A DNA stretch of 64,000 nt from Mobula hypostoma (taxonomy: Eukaryota): positions 249,490,001-249,554,000 of the forward strand of contig NC_086097.1 of the NCBI RefSeq assembly GCF_963921235.1. The letters run 5' to 3'. Position 1 is the first letter of the stretch. Each line of letters opens with the position of its first letter. Positions 1 to 12,517 of the stretch are shown in pieces. The notes beneath the pieces are model-generated. The model had not been told where the DNA came from. It saw only the letters and a list, made by a program, of their open reading frames with translations, and ran no database searches. The translations under genes were made by a program, and so were the position numbers.

Positions 1-427
1 GAGGTGGTAGAATTTTGTAGCAGTTTGTGGAAATTATGAAACTTTAACAAATACTCTTCAAGCATCTGAATACAATTTAAAAACAGCAAATTGGTTAAAT
101 GCCATCAACGTCCAAATCAACGGTTTAAATTTTCATTCTTTTCCATTGGAATTATACATAAAGCAGACTCTGATACTGTAGTTTAGAAGCAAGAGAAATA
201 CTGGTTAGTGCTGTTCACAAAATAAATCGTAAAAGTAACATGGACATTCATAACTTCAGTCCAGCTTGCTGGGAGTGCTTGAGCTTAACAAGTCCCAGGT
301 CAAAAGCTATTTATTAATCCCGAGGAAATTAATGTAATATTTCAAAATCACAAGGCTTATACTTAATAACATACATCAAAGTTGCTGGTGAACGCAGCAG
401 GCCAGGCAGCATCTATAGGAAGAGGCG

Positions 428-465
428 CAGTCGACGTTTCAGGCCGAGACCCTTCGTCAGGACTA
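428..465 (-). ncRNA. Minimal hammerhead ribozyme motif (inverted arm of the PLE; RECK-sense strand)
   Basis: Minus strand reads tagtc CTGACGA agggtctcggcct GAAA CGTC gactg. Confidence 0.85.
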
Positions 466-999
466 ACTGAAGGAAGAGTGAGTAAGCTGGAGGGGGAGGG
501 GGAGATGCAAAATGATAGGAGAAGACAGGAGGGGGAGGGATGGAGCCAAGAGCTGGACAGGTGATAGGCAAAAGGGGATACGAGAGGATCATGGGACAGG
601 AGGTCCGGGAAGAAAGACGGGGGGGGGGGGTGACCCAGAGGATGGGCAAGAGGTATATTCAGAGGGACAGAGGGAGAAAAAGGAGAGTGAGAGAAAGAAT
701 GTGTGCATTAAAAAGAGTAACAGATGGGGTACGAGGGGGAGGTGGGGCCTAGCGGAAGTTAGAGAAGTCAATGTTCATGCCATCAGGTTGGAGGCTACCC
801 AGATGGAATATAAGGTGTTGTTCCTCCAACCTGAGTGTGGCTTCATCTTTACAGTAGAGGAGGCCGTGGATAGACATGTCAGAATGGGAATGGGATGTGG
901 AATTAAAATGTGTGGCCACTGGGAGATCCTGCTTTCTCTGGCGGACAGAGCGTAGATGTTCAGCAAAGCGGTCTCCCAGTCTGCGTCGGGTCTCACCAA

Positions 1000-2487
1000 C
1001 ATACCTCGACACTGTTTTATCACCCCTTGTTCAATCCCTTCCGACCTATGTTCATGACACTTCTCACGCTCTTAAACTTTTCGATGATTTTAAGTTCCCT
1101 GGCCCCCACCGCTTTATTTTCACCTTGGATGTCCAGTCCTTATATACTTCCATCCCCCATCAGGAAGGTCTCAAAGCTCTACGCTTCTTTTTGGATTCCA
1201 GACCTAATCAGTTCCCCTCTACCACCACTCTGCTCCGTCTAGCAGAATTAGTCCTTACTCTTAATAATTTCTCCTTTTGCTCCTCCCATTTCCTCCAAAC
1301 TAAAGGTGTAGCTATGGGCACCCGTATGGGTCCTAGCTATGCCTGCCTTTTTGTTGGGTTTGTGGAACAATCTTATGTTCCGTGCCTATTCTGGTATCTG
1401 TCCCCCACTTTTCCTTCGCTACATCGACGACTGCATTGGCGCTGCTTCCTGCACGCATGCAGAACTCGTTGACTTTATTAACTTTGCCTCCAACTTTCAC
1501 CCTGCCCTCAAGTTTACCTGGTCCATTTCTGACACCTCCCTCCCCTTTCTAGATCTTTCTGTCTCTGTCTCTGGAGACAGCTTATCCACTGATGTCTACT
1601 ATAAGCCTACTGACTCTCACAACTATCTGGACTATTCCTCTTCTCACCCTGTCTCTTGCAAAAACGCCATCCCCTTCTCGCAATTCCTCCGTCTCCGCCG
1701 CATCTGCTCTCAGGATGAGGCTTTTCATTCTAGGACGAGGGAGATGTCTTCATTTTTTAAAGAAAGGGGCTTCCCTTCCTCCACTATCAACTCTGCTCTT
1801 AAATGCATCTCCCCCATTTCACGTACATCTGCTCTCACTCCATCCTCCCACCACCCCACTAGGAATAGGGTTCCCCTGGTCCTCACCTACCACCCCACCA
1901 GCCTCCGGGTCCAACATATTATTCTCCGTAACTTCCGCCACCTCCAACGGGATCCCACCACTAAGCATATCTTTCCCTCCCCGCCTCTCTCTGCATTCCG
2001 CAGGGATCGCTCCCTACACAACTCCCTTGTCCATTCGTCCCCCCCATCCCTCCCCACTGATCTCCCTGCTGGCACTTATCCGTGTAAGCGGAACAAGTGC
2101 TACACATGCCCTTACACTTCCTCCCTTACCACCATTCAGGGCCCCAAACAGTCCTTCCAGGTGAGGCATCACTTCACCTGTGAGTCGACTGGGGTGATAT
2201 ACTGCGTCCGGTGCTCCCGATGTGGCCTTTTATATATTGGTGAGACCCGACGCAGACTGGGAGACCGCTTTGCTGAACATCTACGCTCTGTCCGCCAGAG
2301 AAAGCAGGATCTCCCAGTGGCCACACATTTTAATTCCACATCCCATTCCCATTCTGACATGTCTATCCACGGCCTCCTCTACTGTAAAGATGAAGCCACA
2401 CTCAGGTTGGAGGAACAACACCTTATATTCCGTCTGGGTAGCCTCCAACCTGATGGCATGAACATTGACTTCTCTAACTTCCGCTAG
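1000..2487 (+). pseudogene. PLE RT/GIY-YIG ORF remnant, 5'-truncated, with one +1 frameshift near 1372
   Basis: ORFs 876..1472 and 1339..2487 join if one T is removed from GAA CAA TCT T ATG TTC. Confidence 0.88.
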
Positions 2488-2781
2488 GCCCCACCTCCCC
2501 CTCGTACCCCATCTGTTACTCTTTTTAATGCACACATTCTTTCTCTCACTCTCCTTTTTCTCCCTCTGTCCCTCTGAATATACCTCTTGCCCATCCTCTG
2601 GGTCACCCCCCCCCCCCGTCTTTCTTCCCGGACCTCCTGTCCCATGATCCTCTCGTATCCCCTTCTGCCTATCACCTGTCCAGCTCTCGGCTCTATCCCT
2701 CCCCCTCCTGTCTTCTCCTATCATTTTGCATCTCCCCCTCCCCCTCCAACTTTCAAATCCCTTACTCACTCTTCCTTCAGT

Positions 2782-2819
2782 TAGTCCTGACGAAGGGTCT
2801 CAGCCTGAAACGTCGACTG
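2782..2819 (+). ncRNA. Minimal type-I hammerhead ribozyme motif in the PLE 3' region
   Basis: tagtc CTGACGA agg-gtctcag-cct GAAA C GTC gactg: core boxes present, stem I tagtc/gactg, 3-bp stem II, loopless palindromic stem III (ACGT), GUC cleavage triplet. Confidence 0.85.
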
Positions 2820-2978
2820 CGCCTCTTCCTATAGATGCTGCCTGGCCTGCTGCGTTCACCAGCAACTTTGATGTATGTTGCTTGAATTTCCAGCATCTGC
2901 AGAATTCCTGTTGTTTGCTTATACTTAATATATATTTTTTACAAGTACTAAATAATACACACTTTTTTAAAAACATAC

Positions 2979-3167
2979 TTTTCCTCTGGCCTCCAACTAT
3001 GCAAGTCTTTTGCACATCAATACAGGGCATCTCCAAACAGTTTTCCAGCCGTCCACTTGGGCCACACGTGCACACTCTGTAACAACCCATTTCTCCGCTC
3101 GTGACAGGTAGCTGAATGACGGTGCCTTGCCGCACCAGGAAATCCGAAGCTTCCCCCAGCTTGCATC
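2979..3167 (-). CDS. RECK: RECK coding exon (about exon 14), 189 bp: CKLGEASDFLVRQGTVIQLP...CIVGGQRK
   Basis: ttaaag|GA TGC...AAA A|gtatgt. Confidence 0.95.
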
Positions 3168-3814
3168 CTTTAACAAAGCAAAACACCCTATTTAATGTAG
3201 ACAGTAATAAACACCATTCATGAAATAAACTTAAAATTTCAAATGAGAGCTTGTTTGATGCTGTATTTGAAAATATACTGAAACCTATAGCAGTTACAGC
3301 ACAGCAAAGGAGACGGCGGCAAACAGGAGTGAGATAAGCCACGTGAGAGCCCATAAGTAGATCAACAGAACGAAGACCATCATCCTCGACCTTGAGGGAT
3401 AGCCACAACTGGTCGAGTGGTGTCCCAACAACAACCTTGTACTTAACGTTATGATACACAAGAAACTGATTGTGGACTTCAGGAAGGGGAAGTCATCGAG
3501 GGGTCAGCAGTGGAAAGGGTGAGCAGCACCTAGGTCCCGGGTGTCAACATCTCTGGGCCAAACATACGGATGCAATTACTAAGAAGTCACGCCAGCAACC
3601 ACATCTCATTCAGAGTTTGAGGAGTCTTGGTATGTCACCAAAGACTCTGGCATATTTCTACAGATGCACTGTGGCGAGCGTTCTGATTGATTGCATATCA
3701 TCCGGTACGGAGGAGTCAATGCACAGGATCGGAAAAAGCTACAGAGGGTTGTAAACTCAGCCAGCTCCTTCGTAGACGTGAGCTGGTGGGTGACCGGTGA
3801 ATCCCGGTGAGCAG

Positions 3815-4345
3815 GATAGGTTGGAAGGTGGGGAAAGTGAATGATGTGAGAAGCTGGGAGATGATAGGTGCAAGAGGTAAAGGACTGAAGATGAAATCAG
3901 AGAGGATAGGGCAGTAGACCATGGAATTATAGGAAAGAACATGGGAACCAGATGGAAGAAGGTGTAGGTAATGGGCAGGGTGGGGGAGGGAAAACAGAAG
4001 GGTTAAGGGGGCTAGAGAGATAAAGGAAAAGAAAGGGGAGAGGAAGAGACAGAGGTGAGTAGTTAACCAAAGTTAGGGAAATCAATGTTGACGATGTCAA
4101 GATGGAGATGACCAGAATGCAATATGAGGTGTTGCTCCTCCAATCTGTGTCTGGCCTCAACGTGGTAGTGGAACAAGCCATAGAGGGACATGTCAGTGTA
4201 GGAATGGGAAGAGGAATTAAAATAGCTGGCCACCAGGAGAGCCTGGTTGTGTCAGCGAACTGAGCAAAAATGCTCGACAAAGCAGTCCCCTAATCAGCGT
4301 CAGGTCTCACTACTGAAGAGGAGGCTGCACCGGGAGCATCAAATA
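3815..4345 (-). mobile_element. Degenerate PLE GIY-YIG fragment, interrupted by the Tigger-like element and resuming at about 5904-5940
   Basis: Similar to 750-1000 and 29560-29880. The sequence on either side of the Tigger insertion is colinear with the PLE. Confidence 0.7.
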
Positions 4346-5903
4346 CAGGTATCCCCCGCTTTTCGAACGTTCGCTTTACGAAACCTCACTGTTACGAAAG
4401 ACCTACATTAGTACCCTGTTTTCGCTCTCAGAAGGTGTTTTCACTGTTACGAAGAAAGGCAGCGCACGATAAAAGGCAGCGCGCCCCGAGCAGCCGCTCG
4501 CCCCCGGATTCGGAACGACATTGCTTAAACACAAGCCTGTGAGCAGCCGTTTGCAAGATGAGTTCTATGGTGTCGGAAAAGCCTGATAGAGCTCGTAAGG
4601 GTGTTACACTTACGGTAAAACTAGACATAATTAAGCATTTCGATCATGGTGAACGAAGCAAGGACAAAGTGAGTTTGGCTTGTGGAAGTTGACGAAGATG
4701 ATGTTGAAGAGGTTTTGGCATCCCATGACCAAGAACTGATAGATGAAGAGCTGATGCAATTGGAAGAGGAAAGAATAACAATCCAAACTGAATTCAACCA
4801 AATGCAGAAAGTGAAGCAACTGCGTGAGATTTTCGCTGCAATGATAAAGTACGACTTTAATTTTGAAAGGGTACGTAGGTTTAGGGGATATTTGGAGGAT
4901 GTTTTGAGTCCTTACAAAGAACTGTATGATATAAAAATGCTCGAGGCTCAGCAGTCAAGCAAGCCTTCCACATCAGCCACAGCAGATGACGAACCTCGAC
5001 CTTCGACATCGAGGCAGGCAGTCATAGGAGAAGATGAGCTGCCCGCCCTGATCGACAATGAGATGACACCCCCGCGTCCCACCACCCCAACCCCCGGGCC
5101 CCGGACAGGTACTGTACCGATTCGTGGAGAATGCAGCGGTAGCCAGGAGGCACACAGCATATCTTTAAGAAAAAAGCTGAAATAAACATGCTAATTAATT
5201 AGGTGCTGACTAGCATGTAATTGTCGGCCCGGTCAGTGCCGATGCAATTGGCAATCCCCTCTGATCTGCGCCGACATTTACGTGCTGGGCAGCACCTAAT
5301 TAATTAGCACGTTTATTTTGACTTTTTTCTTAACGATCTGCTGTGTGCCTCCCAGCTACCCCTGCGTGCTTTGCGGCAATGTATCTGGTCGGCGGCCCAG
5401 AGGGTGGAGACCACTGCATCACGCAGCCTGCAACGACTCAGTCTAACACACCATCATCAGTGTGCTTGATGTCTTCCCAATTCCGGTAAGTGATACTACA
5501 CTGTACATACATTATTTCTACTTTATATAGGCTGTGTATTTTAACGTGTTATTTGGTAGATTTGGCAGCTTCATAGTTTAAAGGTTACTGGAGAGCGCGT
5601 TTATGCCAACAGCGCTTGCGTGAGATTTTCGCTACGGAGATCTGTGCAGGCAATTGTTGTAGAGAAGTATTTCTACTTTATATAGGCTGTGTATTTATCA
5701 TATCAATCCTGCTTTTACTATATGTTACTGTTATTTTAGGTTTTATGTGTTATTTGGCATGATTTGGTAGGTTATTTTTGGGTCTGCGAATGCTCAAAAT
5801 TTTCCCATATAAATAAATGGTAATTGCTTCTTCGCTTTACGACATTTCGGCTTACGAACTGTTTCATAGGAACGCTCTACCTTCGGATGGCGGGGGAAAC
5901 CTG
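4346..5903 (+). mobile_element. Non-autonomous Tigger/pogo-like DNA transposon, internally deleted
   Basis: Imperfect TIRs CAGGTATCCCCCGC / GCGGGGGAAACCTG with TA on both sides. The N-terminal HTH-like peptide RARKGVTLTVKLDIIKHFDHGE lies directly next to the acidic C-terminal peptide DDVEEVLASHDQELIDEELMQLEEE, with no DDE domain visible. Confidence 0.82.
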
Positions 5904-7174
5904 TACAATAAATGATCCCAATGGATTCACATGCAAAGTGCCAGATTTTAGGATGGTCTTGCTCAGTTCTGCTTTGCTCATTTTCGCAGAGACTTTGGGG
6001 AAGAAAACCGGTATGCAGTCTAAATTCTAGCATTCTAATCAAGCACGTTTGCTCATTGAACAGAAAATCTTGAAAGGAGGCCCCAAATTGAAATCAGTAT
6101 GAGGAACTTGCAAATTTCTTTTATCCAACTGTTCAGTCTCCAGACCAGTCAGTCAGAACGCTCTCCATGGTACATCTGTAGAAATTTGCTAGAGTCTTTG
6201 GTAACATACCAAATCTCCTCAAACTGTTAATCCAAGTCAGCTGGTCAGTCAGTCAGTCCTGACAATCTCTCTGCCAGCTTTGCCAGATCGGGAGCTCATT
6301 TTTCTATCTTCAAGAGAACAAAGACCCTGTCTACGAACCACCTTTAATATCCTGGGAATCAACCTGGTGAACCTTCATTGCAATCCATTGATGTTGAGTA
6401 GTGCTAAATAAAAGTCGAATACTCTGGCAAGAATGATCAAGACACTGTTTGCCCAATTCCTGTGGCTCCCCAGTAATCACAGCCTCCATAACTGAAACTG
6501 ACCCCTTGATTTCAATCCCTGAATCAATTCTCAATCCATGTCAGCAAATTACCATAATCCCACACACAGTAATTTTGTTCAATAGTCTTTGATGTGGTCG
6601 TCTTGACAGTCCAACCACATATCTTTTCATGTCCTTTCAAAATTAATTTACATTCTTCTCAGACCAAGTAGTACCCACAAACACTTTCTGTATTTGCAGT
6701 TTGTTGTTTTGCACATTGTTTGTTGATGCTATCTTTCACTAATTCTATTGTGTTTCTTGAATTTACTGAAATTGCTTGTGACAATATAAATCTCAGGGTT
6801 GCACATGGTGATATACGTACTTCAATAATACATTTACTTTGAGCCTTGAATCTATTTTAGAGGATCACAAATATACTTTGACATTCTTCAAAGCCACTGC
6901 TTTCAAAGCTTAGGTCAACAGGTTAAAGAGTCATACAGCAGCATAGCACGGAGGTCCAGAAGATTTACATGCACTAAACTTCAGCATAACCCAAGGTACT
7001 CTGCAATCAATGAAGTACAGGAGATAATTGACATACAAAATTCCCATAAATATTCATTAGATAATGACAATATCTTTGTTTTTTTAGCGATATTGACATT
7101 GTACACGAGAGTCATCTTCCAAAACTAGAACTGAAGAAAGGAACCATTTTACCTTTCTCACTGGAACTACTCAC

Positions 7175-7315
7175 CTGGGACACACAAATAGGGAAGACAA
7201 TCTTGTCCAGCCTGGCAACCCTTTCGATTTACTTCACACACATAGTTGTTGGGACAGGCGTTTGGATTACATGGATGTATCACCTCTGCCACAGTACTGT
7301 GGAATGGACTAGGAG
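7175..7315 (-). CDS. RECK: RECK coding exon (about exon 13), 141 bp: PSPFHSTVAEVIHPCNPNACPNNYVCEVNRKGC...LCVP(G)
   Basis: tgacag|CT...CCA G|gtgagt. Confidence 0.95.
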
Positions 7316-8399
7316 CTGTCAAAAACACGTAATGGAAAAATGGCTGAGAATTACCTACCAAATTTTGTCATCTATTTGACAGATTAAGATTAAATCTTGG
7401 AAGTATTCCAAATTTACCCACAAACACAAAATCAGTGCACCAGTTGAAACTGGATTTTGGCATCCAGCATGTTATTTTGTACGTGATGGACAAATCAAAT
7501 CACAACAGTTCCATGATTAAAACACAATTTTTAACGTGATAAATGGTACTCATGACTTGAGAGTGACTCCAAGCACTATATAGCTAATATTTTTCAAATA
7601 TATCACTGGAAAATTAGAATTAAAATGTCATCCTGTATAAAGTGCAACACAGACTGTGAGACTACCCTGCCACCACCAAGGTCTCATCACAAGGACAGAG
7701 AGCTGTTTAATGTTTACTGTTTAGCTGCCAACAGTTTAGTGGCATTAGCACTGGACTATGAGGCAAGTAGTCCTTGGTTCAAATCCGGCTGGCCACCTGC
7801 ACACTTTTCATCGGTGCTGGGTTGAACAAGCGAGCAACTCAGCCTCGTAAGATGCTGCCTGGTGTGCCACAACGCGGCACACTACGTTCATTTTAAGATG
7901 AACAGGTGGGCGTAGCACTTCTTCCACTTTAAGGGATAAGCGCTTTCATACTTTTGAGTCCTTTTGAAGGGTCTAGGCCCGAAATGTTGACTGTTTATTC
8001 CTCAGTATAGAAACTGCCTGACCTGCTGAGTTCCTCCAGCATTTTGTGTGTGTTGCTCTGGATTTCCAGCATCTGCAGAATCTCTTGTATTTATTATATC
8101 CTGTATAAAGTTATGTTTAAGGTACAACTATTACTCTACTTTGCAACTTTAGAACAGAGATGAGGAGGAATTTCTTGAGCCAGAAGGTCATGAATCTGCA
8201 GAATGCATTTCCATTGACAGATGCAGAGGCCGAGTCAATGGGTGTATTTAAAGCGGAGATTAATAACTTTGTGATTAATAGGGTGCTGAAGGTTATGGGG
8301 AGAAGCCAGGAGAATGGGGTTAGGAGGGATAATTAATTAGCCATGATTAGGCAGAGGAGACTCAATGGACTGAATGGCATATTTCTGCTCCTATATCCC

Positions 8400-9025
8400 T
8401 AAGGTCCTAGATCACCTGGACAATACAAACACCTTTGTCAGGATGCTGTTTGTTGACTATAGCTCTATCATCCCTACAGTCCTGATCGATAGGCTACAGA
8501 ACCTCCCTCTGCAATTGGATCCAGGAGACCGCAGTCTGTGCGGATTGGTAATAGCTCCTTGCCGATGACGATCATCACTGGTGCAACTCAAGTATGTGTG
8601 CTCTACTCCTCTCTATATCCATGACTGTGGGACTAGGCATAGCTCAAATGCCATCTATAAATTTGCTGATGATACAGCCACTGTTGGCAGAATCTCAGAT
8701 GGAGACGAGAGGGCGTACAGGAGTGAGATATGCCAGCTAACTGAGTGGTGTCGCAGCAAGAACCTTGCACTTAACATCAGTAAGACCAAATTGTGGACTC
8801 TGGACTTCAGGAAAGGTAAGATGAGGGAACATGAATCAATCCTCAGAGGGATCAGAAGCAGAGAGAGTGAGCAATTTCAGTTCCTGGGTGTCAAGATCTC
8901 TGAGGATCTAACCTGGTCCCAATATATCGATACAGCTATAAAGAAGGCAAGACAGTGGCTATATTTCATTCAGAGTTTGAGGAGATTTGGTTTGCCACCT
9001 AAAACACTCAAAAACTTCTACAGAT
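8400..9025 (+). mobile_element. Rex1/Babar-like LINE RT fragment
   Basis: LDHLDNTNTFVRMLFVDYSS, YKFADDT, LNISKTK and DFRK motifs. Confidence 0.75.
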
Positions 9026-10626
9026 ACCAAAAGATTTTTCAGATACATAAAGTGTAAAAGAGAGGCAAGAGTCAATATTGGACCGCTGGAATACAATGCT
9101 GGAGAGGTATTAATGGGGGACAACAAAATGGCGGACAAACTCTCCAGGTCCCATCTCTTACAGCCTTTCAATATTCAGTAAATTTCAATTAGATTCTCCC
9201 CACCCCCCATCCTTTTTCTTCTAAACTGCAGTGAGTACTGGCCAGAGCCATCCAATGCTCCTCAAATGTTAATCTTTTCATTGAAAAATCCACATTAATC
9301 CCAAATTAATCTTAGTGGTCAAGGTCATGAGTTTAGTAAATTCTTTCAGAGTAGCTCAGGCAAATAACAACACGTACCAGAATCTTAAAGGAGGACAGTC
9401 ATCACTATTGTGGAGAAATAGATAGGGTAGTGGCTAAAGAAACCGAAACATGGACTGATTCACATATTCTACATAGGGTCTGACAGCTTTGGCACATGCA
9501 AGTTCTCTTGACTTTAACTTTGACTTGAAGGAACTGGGTGCAATTGAAGAAGTTGTTCAATGCAAGAGTAAGTTCTGCTACCAGGCAGCAATGACTGAAG
9601 GAGTTCAGCCTTGATTTAAGATAGTAGTACAGGACCTTCAGAACAAGCTCATGTGGTATGATCATCAATGATAAAGACGAGTGGAATAGAACAGGACAAA
9701 GGAAGAGAGATTAAATTCATGGCAACAGGAAATATATTACATGGGTCACGAGCAGGCAGCAACAATGTTTCTAGAAGATTTAATGGTCTGTGATTCAATG
9801 GCAGCATCAGAGAGATGTATGGGGAGCTATCTGAAAGCTGATGTTTGGCCATCCAGTGTCTGATTGGTGGATAAACAAGCTGGACCAGAACAATCTACAG
9901 TCTTGCCACTTAAAGACTTGGGCTATATTTTATTTTGTGACTATGTTTTTATGAAATCATAACCATACGTGATATGTGCCATGTGCAGTGTGCTGTAGGC
10001 AATACGTTTTGCAATGTGGCCCTGGAGGAATGCTGTTTCATTTGGCTCTGTTCCTGTATGGATGAATGACAATTAAACTCGAACTTTGCCAAACCCCAAT
10101 AACACCATCCTGATCAGCAAGTTTTATGATGACGTTGGAGTTGGTCTTGTTTTTGAGGTGCCTTCCATTTTCCTTAATTTTCCCTTTGACAGAACTTTCA
10201 AACACATCACTCACTTCCCCCCCCCACCCCTCCTCAGGCAAAACAAGGAAAGAATTCTCATTGTCCTCACCATTCATCCTACTGTCCACCATATTCAATA
10301 GACTTGTCTATTATTCCACCATTAGCAAACATATATTCCCCCGCACCCTCAGGGATGCTGCCTGACCTGCTGAGTTCTTTCAGCGTTGTTTGTTAATCTT
10401 TATTCATATTTTTGTCATCAACTTCTCTTTCCCATCTCCTGAGAATGTGCCTCATTGATTCCATTCACTTGTCTTAATAATGTGGAAAACATTACGCATC
10501 ACCACATTACGCATTTGTGCCGAGGTTGTTTAACTACATGAAAGGCATCTAGAAACAGAAGATGTAGAATTCTGTGACCCTCTACCATTAATCAAAGAGT
10601 ATTAAATCTGAGTGTTCTTGTCAATA

Positions 10627-11090
10627 TACACTCAGTGCCCACTTCGTAAGTTGCACCCGTACACCTGCTCATTAATGCAATCATTCAACAGCAACGCAAT
10701 GGATAAAAGCATGCAGACATGTCAAGAGGTTCAGTTGTTTTTCAGACCAAACACGAGAATGGTGAAGAAATATGAATGACTGTTGGTGCCAGACAGGCTG
10801 GTTTCAGTCCTCAGAAACTGCTGATCCCCGGGATTTTCACGCACAACCGTCTCTGCTGTTTACAGAGAATGGTGCAGAAAACAAAAAACATCCAGTGAGC
10901 AACACACACAAAACATGCTGGTGAACGCAGCAGGCCAGGCAGCATCTATAGGAAGAGGTCCAGTGAGCGGCAGTTCTGTGGGCAAAAATACCTTGATAAT
11001 GAGAGGTCAGAGGAGAATGGTCAGATCGGGTCAAACCGACAGGAAGACGACAGTAACACAAATAAACACATGCCACAATAGTCATGTGTA
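10627..11090 (+). mobile_element. Tc1-like transposon remnant
   Basis: Starts ta-cactcagtg(c/g)ccact and contains fish Tc1-type text (aaaaaacatccagtgagcggcagttctgtggg..., gaggtcagaggagaatgg). The family call is from recognition. Confidence 0.65.
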
Positions 11091-12380
11091 AAAGTCAACT
11101 CAAGTCAAGTCAAGTTTATTGTCATTTAACTATATACATGTATACCGTCAAACAAGACAATGCTTCTCCAGGCCAGAGTGTAAAGCACAGGTGTACACAT
11201 GACACACAATAACTTAGAGTAAAATCTACAAATGAATTACACACAGATACGCTCTTTCCCGTGGGTGCTGCCTGGCCTGCTGAGTTCCTCCAGCATTTTG
11301 TGTGTGTTGTTGTTGTTTGGATTTCCAGCATCTGCCGATTTGCTCTTGTTTGTGATTGGATTACAATACCAGCAACCCAGGTTTGATTCCTGCTGCTATC
11401 TGTAAGGAGTCTGTACGTTCTCTCCGTGACCGTGTGGGTTTCCTCCGGGTGCTCCAGTTTCCACCCACAGTTCAAAGATGTACCAGTTGGTAGGTTCATT
11501 GGGCATTGTAATTGTCCTGTGATTAGGCTACGGTTAAATTGGGGACTTGCTGGGTGGTGCAGCTCAAGGGGCCAGAAGGGCCAATTTCGTACTGTCCCTC
11601 AATAATTAGATAAAATCAAAATAAAGAGCATAGATTAAATATTGTAGGGTACAGTACAAATGATCTCTTCTGTACATCACTATCTCAACACATTGAACCT
11701 TGAAGTGGATGGGCTACAGCAGCAGAAGACCATGAATATACACTCAGTGGCCACTGATTGTACATCCTTTAATCACTACCACCAAAAAGAAGTAGTTATT
11801 TACCTCATTTACTGTTCACATGACCTTGCTACCTTCACAAGTGGCTGCTACACAACATCAGAGACTGCATGCGTGGTTCTCATGGTGCACACTGAAACAA
11901 CTGCTGCGGAAAGATTACGTCATTCAGAGCAAGGAGCTCGCTAGGTTACTGCATTGCAAGAGACACACTGCAACTCAGTGCAACATCAAGAAACAGTGTG
12001 CAGGGTCAGGGTCAAGATTAAAACCCTCTCAACAATGCACAGCCAGGGCCTGGAATCTCGAGGACCAGCACTTGTTGTACATGGAATCCATGAGGGAAAG
12101 ACTGAGATCAACCTGATGTAATGGAACAATGTTTTGTGCTGTCAATGATGGCCTATGAATGCTTAATATTTGTAAATTGTGTGAATAAAGTACACATCTA
12201 AAGGAAAAGCAATTCAAAATGTAACTTGGTGCTTGGTAACTTGGCTCTTTGAGACATCCCAAGGATATCACAATGTACTTACATTAAATCTAAATTGATC
12301 CTTCGCTTCTCAACACCTACTTTTCAAAGAAAAAAATTGGAAATAACCATAACCGCTCAATGATTGTGCAGCAAACATAC

Positions 12381-12517
12381 CAAGGTAATTTTTCAGCGGG
12401 ATGCAATTCTTGTGGTCATCATTTGGGGATAATTGATTGCAGATGGTTTCGGCAGTTTGTCCAGCTGGAAATTTACTGTGATCTCCGCAATTTGTAAGAA
12501 TTTCTACGCAGTCTGAC
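12381..12517 (-). CDS. RECK: RECK coding exon (about exon 12), 137 bp: SDCVEILTNCGDHSKFPAGQTAETIC...CIPLKNYL
   Basis: ctttag|G TCA...CTT G|gtatgt. Confidence 0.95.

Larger units (their letters stand above)
369..2916 (+). mobile_element. Young Penelope-like retroelement (Neptune-like), 5'-truncated, with an inverted copy of its 3' part in front
   Basis: RT motifs FTLDVQSLYTSIP, GVAMGTRMGPSYA and RYIDD; Cys-rich linker CKRNKCYTC; GIY-YIG nuclease GVIYCVRCSRCGLLYIGET. 369-999 is the reverse complement of about 2237-2879. 14-bp TSD gcttatacttaata at 355-368 and 2917-2930. Confidence 0.93.

Noticed and set aside
382..1242. Cluster of short overlapping ORFs repeated at 2169-2784 and 29184-29878
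   Set aside because: These are alternative-frame translations of the same PLE 3' region, not genes.
2800..3459. 219-aa ORF as a stand-alone gene
   Set aside because: Only 2979-3167 is a RECK exon; the rest is intron and PLE tail read-through.
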